Of a stretch of 64,000 bases of DNA, positions 1 to 11,657 are shown one piece after another. The DNA is from an uncultured Gemmatimonadales bacterium (lineage in GTDB: Bacteria > Gemmatimonadota > Gemmatimonadetes > Longimicrobiales > RSA9). The stretch lies in the NCBI GenBank assembly GCA_963783305.1, contig CAWAMW010000016.1:704001-768000 (forward strand). The letters are read 5' to 3'. Position 1 is the first letter of the stretch. Each line of letters begins with the position of its first letter. The notes under the pieces are model-generated. The model was not told the origin of the DNA, made no database searches, and was given only the letters and a program-made list of their open reading frames with translations. Both the position numbers and the translations under genes were made by a program.

Positions 1-2
1 TC

Positions 3-662
3 ACGGCGACGGATACGGAGATCCGGAGCGGGGATCCGCTCAAGTTCAGGGACCTGAAGGCGTACCCGGACCGCCTGAAGGCCGCGGAGCAGAAGACGGG
101 TCGCGGGGACGCGGTAATCACGGGGTTCGGCCCAGTGGACGGCATCCCGGCGCATCTGGCGGTCATGGACTTCAGCTTCATCGGCGGCAGCATGGGATCG
201 GTGGTCGGCGAGAAGATCGCCCGTGCGGCCGATCGCGCGCACGAAGCGAAGGAGCCGCTGGTGGTGGTCAGCGCCTCGGGCGGAGCGCGCATGATGGAAG
301 GGATCCTATCCCTCATGCAGATGGCGAAGACGTCCGCCGCGCTGGCGCGGCTGCACGAGGACGGCATCCCGTACATCTCCATTCTCACCGACCCCACCAC
401 CGGCGGCGTGACCGCGTCGTACGCGATGCTGGGCGATGTGATCCTGGCGGAGCCGGGTGCGCTGATCGGGTTCGCCGGCCCGCGTGTGATCGAGCAGACG
501 ATCAAGCAGGAGCTGCCGGAGGGGTTCCAGCGGTCGGAGTTCCTGCTGGAGCACGGGATGGTAGACGCCATTGTGGACCGCAGGGCGATGAAGAGCCGCG
601 TTGCGGGGTTCCTGAGGCACATGCTCGGCCTGCCGCCCACGGAGGCGCCGGAGCAGGAGTGA
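3..662 (+). CDS. accD: acetyl-CoA carboxylase carboxyltransferase beta subunit (5' truncated by window edge)
   Basis: Frame open from position 3 ([15 protein letters not shown]); motifs [49 protein letters not shown]. Confidence 0.97.
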   Translation, partial: TATDTEIRSGDPLKFRDLKAYPDRLKAAEQKTGRGDAVITGFGPVDGIPAHLAVMDFSFIGGSMGSVVGEKIARAADRAHEAKEPLVVVSASGGARMMEGILSLMQMAKTSAALARLHEDGIPYISILTDPTTGGVTASYAMLGDVILAEPGALIGFAGPRVIEQTIKQELPEGFQRSEFLLEHGMVDAIVDRRAMKSRVAGFLRHMLGLPPTEAPEQE

Positions 663-1972
663 CCGAGCTCTCATACGGCGTTCTGCTCGACCGGCTCTTC
701 CCCCGGCTGACGGGCGGGATCCGGTGGGGACTCGAGCGCACGAGCAAGCTCCTGGCCGGCGTGGACGACCCGCACCGCGCCTATCCATCCATCCACATAG
801 GTGGCACCAACGGCAAGGGCTCCGTGGCGGCGATCGCGGAGTCGGTGCTCCGCCACGATGGTCAGCGGACCGGCCTCTACACCTCGCCGCACCTGGTGGA
901 CTTCCGGGAGCGGATCCAGGTGGATGGGCGCCCGATCTCCGAAGCCGAGCTGCTGTCGGCCGCCCGTGCGCTGTGGCCGCGGATCGAGGAGGAGGCGCCC
1001 TCGTTCTTCGAGGCCGCTACGGTGATCGCGTTCCTGGCGCTGCGCCGTGCCGACATCGATGTGGCCGTGGTGGAGGTGGGGATGGGCGGTCGGCTGGACT
1101 CGACCAACGTGGTCACGCCGGAGGTGAGCGTCATCACCAACGTGGCCCTGGACCACGCCGAGTACCTGGGCTCGGACCTCGCCACGATCGCCGGGGAGAA
1201 GGCCGGGATCATCAAGACCGGCGTCCCGGTGGTGACGGCGGAGTCGGACCCCGCGGTGCTGGCCGTGCTGAAGCGGGCGGCCCGGGAGCGTGGGGCACCG
1301 CTGCACGTGGTACCGGCGCCGCCCGCGGAGCTGGCGATCCGGGGCACGACAGTGATGCTGGAAACCGTGTGGGGGGAGCTGTCGCTTCGGGTCCCACTGG
1401 CGGGGGCTCATCAGGCCCTGAACCTGGCAGTGGCCGTGCGGGCGCTGGAGCTCCTGCCCGTGGAGCGGCGGCCGTCGAAGGAGGCGCTGGTGCGGGGCAC
1501 CGCGGCCACGTGGTGGCCGGGCCGTGTCCAGATCGAGGAGCGTGACGACGTGAGCTGGATCTTCGATGTGGCCCACAACGCGGCCGGTGTGGAGTCATTG
1601 CGCGCCTCGATCGCGGCGCTCCGACCGCGCCGCCCGCTGGTGGCGGTAATCGGGGTCCTGGGTGACAAGGACTGGGATCGCATGCTCCCTCCGCTCTTCG
1701 ATCTGGTGGATCAGGCGATCCTCGTGGAGCCCCCGTCGGCGCCCGCCGGCCGACGCTGGAGCCCGGACGACGTGCTGGCTCGCCTCGGGTCGCCGGTCGG
1801 CGTGCGGGTCGTGCGGCCGTTCGCCGCCGCGCTGGCGGAGGCCGCGGCCGACGCCCGTGGTGGCACCGTCCTCTGCACGGGGTCCGTCCACACCGTAGGA
1901 GACGCCATGCTCGCGCTGGGCATCCCACCGTTCCCCGAGCCGGGGTTGCAGGCGTCCGGTGCGCATGGGTAG
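659..1972 (+). CDS. folC: folylpolyglutamate synthase/dihydrofolate synthase
   Basis: [42 protein letters not shown] overlap with accD. Confidence 0.96.
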   Translation: MTELSYGVLLDRLFPRLTGGIRWGLERTSKLLAGVDDPHRAYPSIHIGGTNGKGSVAAIAESVLRHDGQRTGLYTSPHLVDFRERIQVDGRPISEAELLSAARALWPRIEEEAPSFFEAATVIAFLALRRADIDVAVVEVGMGGRLDSTNVVTPEVSVITNVALDHAEYLGSDLATIAGEKAGIIKTGVPVVTAESDPAVLAVLKRAARERGAPLHVVPAPPAELAIRGTTVMLETVWGELSLRVPLAGAHQALNLAVAVRALELLPVERRPSKEALVRGTAATWWPGRVQIEERDDVSWIFDVAHNAAGVESLRASIAALRPRRPLVAVIGVLGDKDWDRMLPPLFDLVDQAILVEPPSAPAGRRWSPDDVLARLGSPVGVRVVRPFAAALAEAAADARGGTVLCTGSVHTVGDAMLALGIPPFPEPGLQASGAHG

Positions 1973-1981
1973 TATCGGCCG

Positions 1982-3256
1982 ATGAGCTTCCAGAGCCTGC
2001 CCGGTTTCCGAGACTTCTTCCCGGCCGACTTCGCGGTCCGCCACCACATCATCACGTCGTGGCGCCAGACTGCGTTGCGCTACGGGTTCGAAGAATATGA
2101 CGGCCCTCCGCTCGAGCCGCTGGACCTGTACGTGGAGAAGAGTGGGGAGGAGATCGTGGGCCAGCTGTACAACTTCGTTGACAAGGGCGAGCGCGCGGTC
2201 GCGCTCCGTCCCGAGATGACTCCGACCCTGGCGCGGATGGTGGGAGAGCGCGGGCGCTCCATGCCGAAGCCGATCCGCTGGTTCAGCGTTCCTCAGCTCT
2301 ACCGGTACGAGCGGACGCAGCGTGGGCGCCTGCGTGAGCATTTCCAGTGGAACGTGGATGTGATCGGCGAGGACGATGTAGCGGCGGACGCGGAGGTGCT
2401 GTCGGTGGCGCTGGCGGGGCTGACCGCGCTGGGGCTCTCGGCCGAGGACGTCGTCGCCCGGGTAAGCGATCGTCGGCTGCTGGAGGCGTTGCTCCTGGAG
2501 GAGGGCGTGACGCGGGAAGGTCTGGGCGGGGCCTACGCGGCGATCGACAAGATGAGCCGGGAAGAGCCGGAGCAGACACGCCGCCGCCTGGGTGAGGATG
2601 CGGGACTCGGGCCGGACGTGGTGGACGGCGTCATGGAACTGTTCGAAGAGCCGGATCTGGACGGGCTGGCGCGCCGGTACCAGGGCAGCGAGCCGGTTCT
2701 CGCCGCCGTGGAGAGGATGCAGGGCTATCTCGCCACTCTCGATCAGATGGGGTGGGGAGGGCACGTGCGGTTCGACCCGCGGATCGTTCGCGGCCTCGCC
2801 TACTACACTGGCATCGTCTTCGAGATCTTTGATCGGAAGGGCGAGCTGCGGGCGGTCTGCGGCGGTGGCCGGTACGACGACCTGCTGGCGGCCGTGAGCG
2901 ATCTGGAGCTCTCCGCCGTGGGGTTCGGCATGGGCGATGTGGTGCTGGGGGAGCTGCTGAAGGAGCGGGGGCTCCTGCCCGAGGCGGCGCCGGGGCCGGA
3001 ATACTACATCGTGACCATCACGGAAGATGAGCGCCCGACGCTGCGCCAGGTGGCGCGCCGGCTCCGCGACGCCGGGCACTCCGTGGCGTACACCCTGCGG
3101 CAGGTGAGCGTGGGCAAGCAATTCAAGGACGCGAACTCCCGCAACGCCCGCCGGACGGTTGTGCTGGGCCCGGACGAGGTCGGGCGAGGAGTGGCCGTGG
3201 TCCGGTCGATGGGCAGTGGCGAGGAGCGGGAGGTCGCCCTGGACGAGCTGGGATGA
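1982..3256 (+). CDS. hisS: histidine--tRNA ligase
   Basis: LRPEMTP, RYERTQRGRLREHFQ, RGLAYYTG, GGGRYD, GFGMG; C-terminal anticodon-binding domain. Confidence 0.96.
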   Translation: MSFQSLPGFRDFFPADFAVRHHIITSWRQTALRYGFEEYDGPPLEPLDLYVEKSGEEIVGQLYNFVDKGERAVALRPEMTPTLARMVGERGRSMPKPIRWFSVPQLYRYERTQRGRLREHFQWNVDVIGEDDVAADAEVLSVALAGLTALGLSAEDVVARVSDRRLLEALLLEEGVTREGLGGAYAAIDKMSREEPEQTRRRLGEDAGLGPDVVDGVMELFEEPDLDGLARRYQGSEPVLAAVERMQGYLATLDQMGWGGHVRFDPRIVRGLAYYTGIVFEIFDRKGELRAVCGGGRYDDLLAAVSDLELSAVGFGMGDVVLGELLKERGLLPEAAPGPEYYIVTITEDERPTLRQVARRLRDAGHSVAYTLRQVSVGKQFKDANSRNARRTVVLGPDEVGRGVAVVRSMGSGEEREVALDELG

Positions 3257-3525
3257 ACCGCCCGGACGACCTGGACCGGGAGCGGCGCAGGATCGTCCGC
3301 AAGATCAGTCTCATCAGCTGGGGTCTGGCCGCCGCCGCCGTGGTGATGGCCGTGCTGGGAGGCGCGCTGCTGGCGTGGGTCTTCATCGGCGCCGGGTTCC
3401 CGTTCCTCCGGACGTGGCTGATCGTGAGCGTGCTGCTGCTGGCGATCCCGCTGGCCGCGCACCTCGCGCCCCGACCCGGGGGGCGCAACGGACCCGGCAG
3501 CACGGATGGCAGCGAGGGACCGTAA
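3253..3525 (+). CDS. small two-helix membrane protein, function unknown
   Basis: ATGA overlap with hisS stop; two hydrophobic segments; fills the gap to proS. Confidence 0.75.
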   Translation: MNRPDDLDRERRRIVRKISLISWGLAAAAVVMAVLGGALLAWVFIGAGFPFLRTWLIVSVLLLAIPLAAHLAPRPGGRNGPGSTDGSEGP

Positions 3526-3559
3526 GCGAGCGAGTGAGCGACAACCACCAAGGACGGAC

Positions 3560-5059
3560 ATGGCTGATGACAGGGCGCTGACACCACGCGCCGAAGATTT
3601 TTCGAGCTGGTACAACGAGGTCGTGGCGCGGGCGGAGATGGCGGAGCATTCGCCCACCCGGGGGAGCATGATCATCCGGCCCTGGGGCTACGCGCTGTGG
3701 GAGAACATGCAGCGGGCGCTGGACGACAAGTTCAAGGCGACCGGTCACCAGAACGCGTACTTCCCGCTCCTCATCCCGCTCAGCTTCATCACGCGCGAGG
3801 CCGAGCACGTGGAGGGGTTCGCGAAGGAGATGGCGCTGGTGACCCACACGCGCCTCATCGCGGACAGCGAAGGCGAGCTGGTGCCGGACCCGGCGTCGAA
3901 GCTGGAAGAGCCGTTCGTGATCCGCCCGACGTCCGAGACCATCATCTACGACGCGTACAGCCGCTGGGTCCAGAGCTACCGCGACCTGCCCATCCTGATC
4001 AACCAGTGGGCGAACGTCATGCGGTGGGAGATGCGGACGCGGCTCTTCCTGAGGACGTCGGAGTTCCTCTGGCAGGAAGGGCACACGGCGCACGCCACGC
4101 AGGAGGAGGCGGAGGAAGAGGCGCTGACCATCCTGGAGGTCTACCGGGCGTTCATGGAGGAATGGATGGCGATGCCGGTGATCACGGGACGGAAGAGCGA
4201 GTCGGAGAAGTTCCCGGGCGCCGACCACACGTACGCGCTGGAAGCGCTGATGCAGGACAACAAGGCGCTGCAGGCGGGTACGTCCCACAACCTGGGGCAG
4301 AACTTCGCGAAGCAGTTCGACCTGAAGTACCAGGCGGAGCACGGCGACTGGGAGTTCGCCTGGAACACCTCTTGGGGAGTGAGCACGCGCCTCATCGGCG
4401 GATTGATCATGACCCACGGGGACGACAACGGCGTGGTAATGCCGCCGAGGCTGGCGCCGACCCAGGTCGTGATCACGCCCATCTGGAAGAACGAAGAGCA
4501 GAAGGTGGAAGTGCTGGCGATGGCGAAGACCGTGGCGGAGCGGCTCCGCGCCGTGGACGTCCGGGTGCACATCGATCAGCGGGACAACATGTCGCCGGGA
4601 GCGAAGTTCTGGGAGTGGGAGCGGAAGGGCGTCCCGGTGCGGGTGGAGATCGGGCCGCGCGACGTGAAGAAGGGCCAGGTGGTGGTGGCGAAGCGTCTGG
4701 TCCCCGAAGGGGAGGACCGCAAGGAGTTCCTGACGGAGGACGACGCGGTGCGCACGATCCCCGAGCGGCTGGAATCGATCCAGCGCGGGCTGCTGGAGGC
4801 GGCGCGGAAGCGCATGGCGGGGAATTCGCACCGGGTGGATGACTACGCGGTGTTCAGGCGGCGGGTCGACGAGGAGGGCGGCTTCTTCTTCGCCGGCTGG
4901 TGCGGGAGCCGCGAGTGCGAGGAGCGGGTGAAGGAGGAGACGAAGGCGACGATCCGGGTGCTGCCGGGGGAGCGGCACAGGTCGACGGAGGCGCCGGAGC
5001 GCTGTCTTGTATGCGATGGCGTGTCCAGGCACGAGGCCGTATGGGCCCGGGCGTACTAG
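3560..5059 (+). CDS. proS: proline--tRNA ligase (archaeal/eukaryote-like type)
   Basis: SWYNEVV, IRPTSET, NQWANVMRWE, FLRTSEFLWQEGHT, LQAGTSHNLGQNF, C-terminal ARAY; start taken at ATG 3560 after AAGGA. Confidence 0.96.
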   Translation: MADDRALTPRAEDFSSWYNEVVARAEMAEHSPTRGSMIIRPWGYALWENMQRALDDKFKATGHQNAYFPLLIPLSFITREAEHVEGFAKEMALVTHTRLIADSEGELVPDPASKLEEPFVIRPTSETIIYDAYSRWVQSYRDLPILINQWANVMRWEMRTRLFLRTSEFLWQEGHTAHATQEEAEEEALTILEVYRAFMEEWMAMPVITGRKSESEKFPGADHTYALEALMQDNKALQAGTSHNLGQNFAKQFDLKYQAEHGDWEFAWNTSWGVSTRLIGGLIMTHGDDNGVVMPPRLAPTQVVITPIWKNEEQKVEVLAMAKTVAERLRAVDVRVHIDQRDNMSPGAKFWEWERKGVPVRVEIGPRDVKKGQVVVAKRLVPEGEDRKEFLTEDDAVRTIPERLESIQRGLLEAARKRMAGNSHRVDDYAVFRRRVDEEGGFFFAGWCGSRECEERVKEETKATIRVLPGERHRSTEAPERCLVCDGVSRHEAVWARAY

Positions 5060-5062
5060 CCC

Positions 5063-6322
5063 ATGCCGGGGAACTTCGTCTTCCGTGAGGGCGCGCTGCA
5101 CTGCGAGGGAGTGCCCGTCCAGGCGCTCGTGGAGGAGCACGATTCGCCGCTCTATGTATACAGCCGGCGCAGCATCCTGGACCGTGTGGAAGAGCTGCGC
5201 ACGGCGTTCGCCGCCGTCGACCCGCTGATCGCATACAGCGTGAAGGCGAACAGCAACGTTTCGATACTCCGGCTGCTGGCCACCGCCGGCTGCGGCGCCG
5301 ATATCGTGAGCGGTGGTGAGCTGCATCGGGCGCTCCTGGCGGGTGTGGACGCCGATCGGATCGTCTTCAGCGGGGTCGGGAAGTCCGCGAGCGAGCTCAC
5401 CGACGCGCTGGAGGCGGGGATCCGCTGCTTCAACGTGGAGAGCGAGGGAGAGCTGAGGGCGCTGGACGGGGTGGCCCGTGGCCTGGGTCGCGTGGCGCCC
5501 GTGTCGCTTCGGATCAACCCCGACATCGAGTCGCCCACGCCGCACGCGTACACCCGGACCGGTCACCGGGCGACGAAGTTCGGGATCCCGAGTGAGGACG
5601 CGCTTCGGCTGTATCGTCTCGCGGCGGAGCTGCCGGGGACGGAGCCGGTGGGGATCGATGCGCACATCGGGAGCCAGATCGTGGAGCCGGAGCCGTATCG
5701 GCAGTCGGTGCTGCACCTGCTCGACCTGGTGGAAGAGTTGCGCACCGATGGCATTGCGCTCCGGTCGCTGGACCTGGGCGGCGGGTTCGGCCTGGGCTAC
5801 GCGGAGGAGGGAGACCCGGACCCGCGGGTGTTCGCCGATGCGATCGCGCCGCACCTGGCCACGAGTGGGCTGCAGCTGGTACTGGAGCCCGGTCGCTTTC
5901 TCGTGGGCCATTCCGGCGTGCTGCTGGCCCGGGTGCTGTACGTGAAGGAGATGGGGCCGAAGACGTTCGTGATCACGGATGCGGGCATGAACGACCTTCT
6001 CCGTCCGAGCCATTACGCGAGCTATCACCGGGTGTCGGAGACGCAGCGGCCGGCGGCGGGCGAGCCGCGGCAGGTGGACCTTGTGGGGCCGATCTGCGAG
6101 TCGGGCGACTTCCTGGCCCTGGACCGTGAGATGCCGCTGCCCGAGCCGGGCGACGTGCTGGCGATCCACACGGTGGGGGCGTACGGCTTTTCCATGGCTT
6201 CCTCGTACAACTCGAGGCGCCGACCGGCTGAGGTGCTGGTGGAGGGTGAGCGAGGCCGCCTGATCCGACGCAGAGAAACGTATCAAGACCTCGTCCGCGG
6301 GGAGGAAGAGCTGCTCGAATGA
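5063..6322 (+). CDS. lysA: diaminopimelate decarboxylase
   Basis: YSVKAN (PLP Lys), [30 protein letters not shown]. Confidence 0.96.
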   Translation: MPGNFVFREGALHCEGVPVQALVEEHDSPLYVYSRRSILDRVEELRTAFAAVDPLIAYSVKANSNVSILRLLATAGCGADIVSGGELHRALLAGVDADRIVFSGVGKSASELTDALEAGIRCFNVESEGELRALDGVARGLGRVAPVSLRINPDIESPTPHAYTRTGHRATKFGIPSEDALRLYRLAAELPGTEPVGIDAHIGSQIVEPEPYRQSVLHLLDLVEELRTDGIALRSLDLGGGFGLGYAEEGDPDPRVFADAIAPHLATSGLQLVLEPGRFLVGHSGVLLARVLYVKEMGPKTFVITDAGMNDLLRPSHYASYHRVSETQRPAAGEPRQVDLVGPICESGDFLALDREMPLPEPGDVLAIHTVGAYGFSMASSYNSRRRPAEVLVEGERGRLIRRRETYQDLVRGEEELLE

Positions 6323-7869
6323 CCGGTGGAGAAAACCGCGTACTGATCCTGGATTACGGCTCGCAGTTCACACAGCTCATTGCGCGGCGGATCCGTGAGG
6401 AGCGGGTGTACTGTGAGATCCACCCGCCCACGCTGTCCATGGACGAGGTGCGGGAGTGGGCGCCGAAGGGGATCATCCTCTCCGGCGGTCCGGCTTCCGT
6501 GTACGACCAGGACGTACCCGGGTTGGACCCGTCCCTCCTCGAGCTCGATGTGCCGATCTTCGGCATCTGCTACGGCATGCAGCTCCTGGCGCACGCCGGG
6601 GGAGGCGCGGTGGAGTCGGGGAAGCGCGAGTACGGCCGCGCCACGATGAAGGTGCTGGAGTCGGACCGGCTCTTCGCCGGATTCGAGGAGGGGGAGGGGA
6701 TCACCGTCTGGATGAGCCACGGCGACCATGTCAACGCGCCGCCCGCGGGTTATCGGGCCATTGGCACCACCGAGTCGCTGCCGGTTGCGGCGTTCCGTGC
6801 GGAGGACCGACCGGTGTACGGCGTCCAGTTCCACCCGGAGGTGGCGCACACGCCGCGAGGCGACGAGATCCTGTCGAACTTCCTGTTCGAGATCTGCGGC
6901 TGCGAGCCCACATGGACCCCCGGCTCCTTCATCGAGCAGCACGTGGAACGGATCCGCGAGCAGGTGGGTGGGGCCGAGGTGATCGTGGGGCTCTCCGGCG
7001 GCGTGGACTCGTCCGTGGCCGCAGCGCTGGTCCACAAGGCGATCGGTGACCAGCTGACGGCGATCTTCGTGGACAACGGGCTGCTCCGGAAGGCAGAGCG
7101 GGAGTATGTGGAGCGGACGTTCCGAAAGCATATGGGGATGCGGCTGGAGGTGGTGGACGCGTCCGCCGACTTCCTCGCCGACCTGCAGGGGGTGATCGAT
7201 CCGGAGCAGAAGCGGAAGGCCATTGGCCAGCGCTTCATCCGGGTGTTCGAGAAGGCGGCGGAGGAGCTGGGTGGTGGGGCGCGGTTCCTGGTCCAGGGAA
7301 CGCTGTACCCGGACGTCATCGAGTCACAGTCGGTGCGCGGCCCTTCGGCGGTGATCAAGACGCACCACAATGTGGGCGGCCTGCCGGAGGACATGGAGTT
7401 CGAGCTGATCGAGCCGCTGCGGGAGCTCTTCAAGGACGAGGTCCGGAACGTGGGTCGGGAGCTTGGGCTGCCTGAGGAGCTGGTGGGACGGCATCCGTTC
7501 CCGGGGCCGGGACTGGCCGTGCGGGTACTGGGCGAGATCACGGAGGAGCGGCTGGCCGTGCTGCGGGAGGCGGACGCCATCTACATGGAGGAGATCCGCG
7601 CGGCGGACCTCTATGACGATATCTGGCAGGCGTTCGCGGTGCTGCTGCCGGTCCGGAGCGTGGGGGTGATGGGGGACTTCCGGACCTATGACAACGTGGT
7701 GGCGCTCCGTGCAGTCACCAGTCGCGACGGGATGACGGCCGACTGGTTCCCGTTCCCACCGGACGTGCTGGCCCGGATGTCCAACCGGATCATCAACGAG
7801 GTGGCCGGGGTGAACCGCGTCACCTACGACATCAGCTCGAAGCCGCCAGCGACGATCGAATGGGAATGA
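6319..7869 (+). CDS. guaA: GMP synthase (glutamine-hydrolysing)
   Basis: [46 protein letters not shown]. Confidence 0.98.
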   Translation: MTGGENRVLILDYGSQFTQLIARRIREERVYCEIHPPTLSMDEVREWAPKGIILSGGPASVYDQDVPGLDPSLLELDVPIFGICYGMQLLAHAGGGAVESGKREYGRATMKVLESDRLFAGFEEGEGITVWMSHGDHVNAPPAGYRAIGTTESLPVAAFRAEDRPVYGVQFHPEVAHTPRGDEILSNFLFEICGCEPTWTPGSFIEQHVERIREQVGGAEVIVGLSGGVDSSVAAALVHKAIGDQLTAIFVDNGLLRKAEREYVERTFRKHMGMRLEVVDASADFLADLQGVIDPEQKRKAIGQRFIRVFEKAAEELGGGARFLVQGTLYPDVIESQSVRGPSAVIKTHHNVGGLPEDMEFELIEPLRELFKDEVRNVGRELGLPEELVGRHPFPGPGLAVRVLGEITEERLAVLREADAIYMEEIRAADLYDDIWQAFAVLLPVRSVGVMGDFRTYDNVVALRAVTSRDGMTADWFPFPPDVLARMSNRIINEVAGVNRVTYDISSKPPATIEWE

Positions 7870-7905
7870 CCGCGCGTGGGTGGTGCCCGGCCGCACCACG
7901 GGGGG

Positions 7906-8103
7906 CTACTCCTGGCCGGAGACGCCCTCCGACGTGAGCCTGCGCAGGTAGATGCCCGCGTAGTTCTCGTCGATAGCCGCCAGGCGGTTTTCGGGGGTCG
8001 GCGGGTAGGCGCGTCCACAGCGCTCGCAGGCGATCCGCCGGTCCTCCCCCTGACCGACCAGCCTCCAGTTTCCGGTGCACTGCCCCTTTTCGTGGTTCAG
8101 CAC
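7906..8103 (-). CDS. small hypothetical protein with CxxC (possible zinc ribbon)
   Basis: 65 aa; GTG start preceded by GAAGGG; H..C and CERC residues; sigma54-like motif upstream. Confidence 0.55.
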   Translation of the reverse strand: MLNHEKGQCTGNWRLVGQGEDRRIACERCGRAYPPTPENRLAAIDENYAGIYLRRLTSEGVSGQE

Positions 8104-8170
8104 GGACTATCCCTTCAGTAGCAGCAGCTCTCGTCCCGCGACGTGCTGTCATCGCGGTGCGGAGAACCAG

Positions 8171-8186
8171 TGCAACCTCCGTTCCC
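8171..8186 (-). promoter_or_regulatory. putative sigma54 (-24/-12) promoter of the small CxxC protein
   Basis: GGGAACGGAGGTTGCA = GG-N10-GC with TTGCA. Confidence 0.5.
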
Positions 8187-8234
8187 CGCCTCTGGATCAC
8201 CGGAAGGAACGCTGAGGGTACCGGCGAAAGGAAA

Positions 8235-8750
8235 TCAGTGGATTTCGGCGCCTCCGGGCACACGCGGAAAAGCGCGGCGCGGCAGCGGGGACTCTGCGGT
8301 CTCTCCTTCGTCGGGGCGGGCGGGCCCTTCGTCCTCAAAGTCGTCCGATCGCTTCGGAACGGGACGCGCGTACTTCAGCCGCTCCGTGATGGTGTCCCAG
8401 GCCGCCTGCAGCACAGGGAGCTCACCGCGGTGCCTGACAATGAACGCCCTGAGCTGGTCCTCCGTCGCGCCATGACGCTCCAGGATCACCCGTTTGCGCT
8501 CCTCGAAGAGCGCCGCCGCGCTATCCTCGTCCGCCACCTCGCGCTCCGCTTCGCGCAGCGAGACGATGACGTCGATGAACTGCTCCGACGAAAGCGCGGG
8601 GGCGTCCGCACTCTCGCCCGCGCAGCCGCCCAGCCCCATACCGAGGGCGAGGAGGAGCGGAACAGAGACGCGCGCGAGCCATCCCCTCCCGCGGCGTCCG
8701 AGGACGAATGGGGGCGTGGGGCCGGCCGGTGGACTGAGAGAAGTACTCAT
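8235..8750 (-). CDS. putative lipoprotein (DUF4296-like helical domain)
   Basis: Basic then hydrophobic signal with LGGC lipobox; helical segment VILERHGATEDQLRAF; start approximate. Confidence 0.65.
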   Translation of the reverse strand: MSTSLSPPAGPTPPFVLGRRGRGWLARVSVPLLLALGMGLGGCAGESADAPALSSEQFIDVIVSLREAEREVADEDSAAALFEERKRVILERHGATEDQLRAFIVRHRGELPVLQAAWDTITERLKYARPVPKRSDDFEDEGPARPDEGETAESPLPRRAFPRVPGGAEIH

Positions 8751-8904
8751 GCCCCGCAAGATAGTCGGATCGTTGCCAGCGGTCATCCGGCCTTGCCATG
8801 GCCTCAGTCGGAGGGGGTCCTGCCGATGAGGCAGTTTCGCCCGGCATGCGTCGTGTAACGAAGAGGACCGGGACTCATTGGACACCGTGGATGGTCAGGA
8901 ACAG

Positions 8905-11586
8905 ATGCTGAACTCGGAACGTTTGACGATCAAGGCCGGCGAGGCGCTGCAGGCGGCTCTGGCGGATGCGGAGCGGCGGGGCAACCCATCGTTGGAGGAC
9001 GTGCACCTGCTGGCGGCACTGCTGGACCAGCAGGAGAGCGTGGTCGTGCCGGTCCTGCACAAGGTGGGTGTGAACGTGGCGCGGGTGAAGGATCGTGTGA
9101 AGGTGGCGGTGGAGCGGCTGCCGAAGCAGACGGGGGGAGTGCGCCCTGCCGTGAGTCGCGAGCTGAACGGGATCCTGGATCGTGCCGAGGAGGAGGCCCG
9201 GGAGCTCTCGGACGAGTACGTGTCGACGGAGCACCTGCTGCTGGCGTTGGCGTGGAAGAAGGGGAGCAGTGCTCGGGAGTTGCTGTCCGGTGAGGGTGCG
9301 GACCGGGCGGCGCTGCTGGAGGCGGTGGAAGCCGTGCGGGGCCCGCATCGGGTGACGGACCAGAGTCCGGAGCAGAAGTACCGGGCGCTGGAGCGGTTCA
9401 GCCGCGATCTGACGGCGTACGCCCGGCAGGGAAAGCTGGACCCGGTGATCGGTCGGGATGAGGAGATCCGGCGGGTGATGCAGGTACTCAGCCGGAGGAC
9501 GAAGAACAACCCGGTGTTGATCGGTGAGCCGGGGGTGGGGAAGACGGCGATCGCGGAGGGTCTGGCCCAGCGGATCGTGAGCGGCGACGTGCCGGAGTCG
9601 CTCAGGGACAAGGCGCTGCTCCAGCTCGACATCAGCGCCATGGTGGCGGGGGCGAAGTACCGGGGCGAGTTCGAGGAGCGGTTCAAGGCGGTGCTGAAGG
9701 AGCTGACGGAGGCGGAGGGTCGGTTCGTCGTGTTCATCGATGAACTCCACACTCTGGTGGGTGCCGGTGCAGCGGAGGGTGCGGTGGACGCGGGCAACAT
9801 GATCAAGCCGCCGCTGGCCCGGGGAGAGCTGCATGTGGTAGGGGCGACGACGCTGGACGAGTACCGCAAGCACATCGAGAAGGACGCCGCGCTCGAGCGG
9901 CGGTTCCAGCCGGTGTTCGTGGGCGAGCCGAGCGTGGAGGACACGGTGGCCATCCTGCGGGGGCTCAAGGAGCGCTACGAGGTGCATCACGGTGTGCGGA
10001 TCACCGATTCGGCGCTGCTCGCCGCCGCTCGTCTCAGCGACCGCTACATCGGCGGTCGATTCCTGCCGGATAAGGCCATCGACCTCGTGGACGAGGCGGC
10101 CAGTCGGCTCCGGATCGAGATCGACAGCCTGCCGCAGGAGATCGACGAGGTGCAGCGTCGGATCACGCAGCTGGAGATCGAGAAGCAGGCCATGCGGAGC
10201 GAGGAGGACCCGGAGGCCGTGCGGCGCCGCGAGGCGATCGGGCAGGAGCTGGCGGAGCTCCGGGAGCGGGCCAGCGGCATGAAGGCGAAATGGCAGAGCG
10301 AAAAGGACCGGATCGCCCGGATCCGGGATCTCAAGGAACGGATCGACGGGCTTAAGGTGGAGATGGAGCGCGCGACCCGTACGGGCGACCTGAGTCGTGC
10401 GGCGGAGATCCAGTACGGCGAGATCCCGCAGACACAGCAGGAGCTGGCCGAAGCGGAATCCCGACTGGACGAGGTGCAGGGAGGAACGCAGTACCTGAAG
10501 GAGGAGGTGGACGAGGAGGACATCGCGGGCGTGGTGTCGCGCTGGACGGGAATCCCGGTCAGCCGGATGCTGGAGACGGAGAGGGAGCGGCTGCGGCAGC
10601 TCGAGTCGCTGCTTCGTGCCCGTGTCGTGGGACAGGAGCAGGCGCTGGAGGCCGTGAGCCACGCCGTTCGGCGGAGTCGCGCCGGGCTCCAGGACCCCGA
10701 CCGCCCCATCGGCAGCTTCATCTTCCTCGGCCCCACGGGCGTGGGGAAGACGGAGACCGCCCGGGCCCTGGCCGAGTTCCTCTTCGACGACGAGGACGCC
10801 ATGGTCCGGATCGACATGAGCGAGTACATGGAGAAGCACGCCGTGGCGAGGCTGATCGGCGCCCCTCCCGGGTACGTGGGGTTCGAGGAGGGTGGGCAGC
10901 TCACGGAGCAGGTGCGGCGGCGCCCGTACAGCGTGGTGCTGTTCGATGAGATCGAGAAGGCGCACACGGAGGTGTTCAACGTCCTGCTCCAGATCCTCGA
11001 TGATGGCCGGCTGACCGACAGCCAGGGTCGAACGGTGGACTTCCGGAACGTGGTGATCATCATGACCTCGAACCTCGGGAGCCACTACATCCTGGAGCAT
11101 TCGGGCAGTGACTGGGGCGCGACGGAGGAGCACGTCCAGGGAGAGCTGCGGCGCCACTTCCGGCCCGAGTTCCTGAACCGTGTGGACGACATCATCGTGT
11201 TCCGGCCTCTGGGTGAGGCGGAGCTTGCGGAGATCGTGGAGCTGCAGCTGCGGCGGGTGCAGCGGCTGCTGGCCGAGCGCCGGATCCGGCTGGAGGTAAC
11301 GGACGCGGCCAAGGCGCTGATCGCGCGTACCGGCTATGACCCGGCGTTCGGCGCGCGGCCGTTGAAGAGAGCGGTCCAGAAGCTGATCCAGAACCCGCTG
11401 GCGATGCGCATGCTGGACGAGGAGATCCCCGAGGGTGCGCGGGTCGTGGCGGATGTGGATGAGGGCGGTGAGGCGCTCGGTTTCCACGTGGCCGCGGGGT
11501 CGGGTGAGGGTAGCCCAACCCGGGACGAGGTGGAGGTCGGGGGTGACCCGGCGGCGGGTCCGACTTCCGGGGGCGGGGCCGCTTGA
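8905..11586 (+). CDS. clpB: ATP-dependent chaperone ClpB
   Basis: Clp N-domain; two AAA+ modules ([16 protein letters not shown]); long coiled-coil M domain; GAPPGYVG. Confidence 0.98.
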   Translation: MLNSERLTIKAGEALQAALADAERRGNPSLEDVHLLAALLDQQESVVVPVLHKVGVNVARVKDRVKVAVERLPKQTGGVRPAVSRELNGILDRAEEEARELSDEYVSTEHLLLALAWKKGSSARELLSGEGADRAALLEAVEAVRGPHRVTDQSPEQKYRALERFSRDLTAYARQGKLDPVIGRDEEIRRVMQVLSRRTKNNPVLIGEPGVGKTAIAEGLAQRIVSGDVPESLRDKALLQLDISAMVAGAKYRGEFEERFKAVLKELTEAEGRFVVFIDELHTLVGAGAAEGAVDAGNMIKPPLARGELHVVGATTLDEYRKHIEKDAALERRFQPVFVGEPSVEDTVAILRGLKERYEVHHGVRITDSALLAAARLSDRYIGGRFLPDKAIDLVDEAASRLRIEIDSLPQEIDEVQRRITQLEIEKQAMRSEEDPEAVRRREAIGQELAELRERASGMKAKWQSEKDRIARIRDLKERIDGLKVEMERATRTGDLSRAAEIQYGEIPQTQQELAEAESRLDEVQGGTQYLKEEVDEEDIAGVVSRWTGIPVSRMLETERERLRQLESLLRARVVGQEQALEAVSHAVRRSRAGLQDPDRPIGSFIFLGPTGVGKTETARALAEFLFDDEDAMVRIDMSEYMEKHAVARLIGAPPGYVGFEEGGQLTEQVRRRPYSVVLFDEIEKAHTEVFNVLLQILDDGRLTDSQGRTVDFRNVVIIMTSNLGSHYILEHSGSDWGATEEHVQGELRRHFRPEFLNRVDDIIVFRPLGEAELAEIVELQLRRVQRLLAERRIRLEVTDAAKALIARTGYDPAFGARPLKRAVQKLIQNPLAMRMLDEEIPEGARVVADVDEGGEALGFHVAAGSGEGSPTRDEVEVGGDPAAGPTSGGGAA

Positions 11587-11657
11587 CACCGCGCCAGGGC
11601 TCGACCACGTTCCCGGGAGCCTGGCCGACCCGGCCGATCCCGAACCACGGATAGTCC

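Noticed and set aside
11583..11611. sigma70 promoter TTGACA-N17-CACGTT for the lipoprotein gene
   Set aside because: TTGACA includes the clpB stop codon and the -10 match is weak, so support is insufficient
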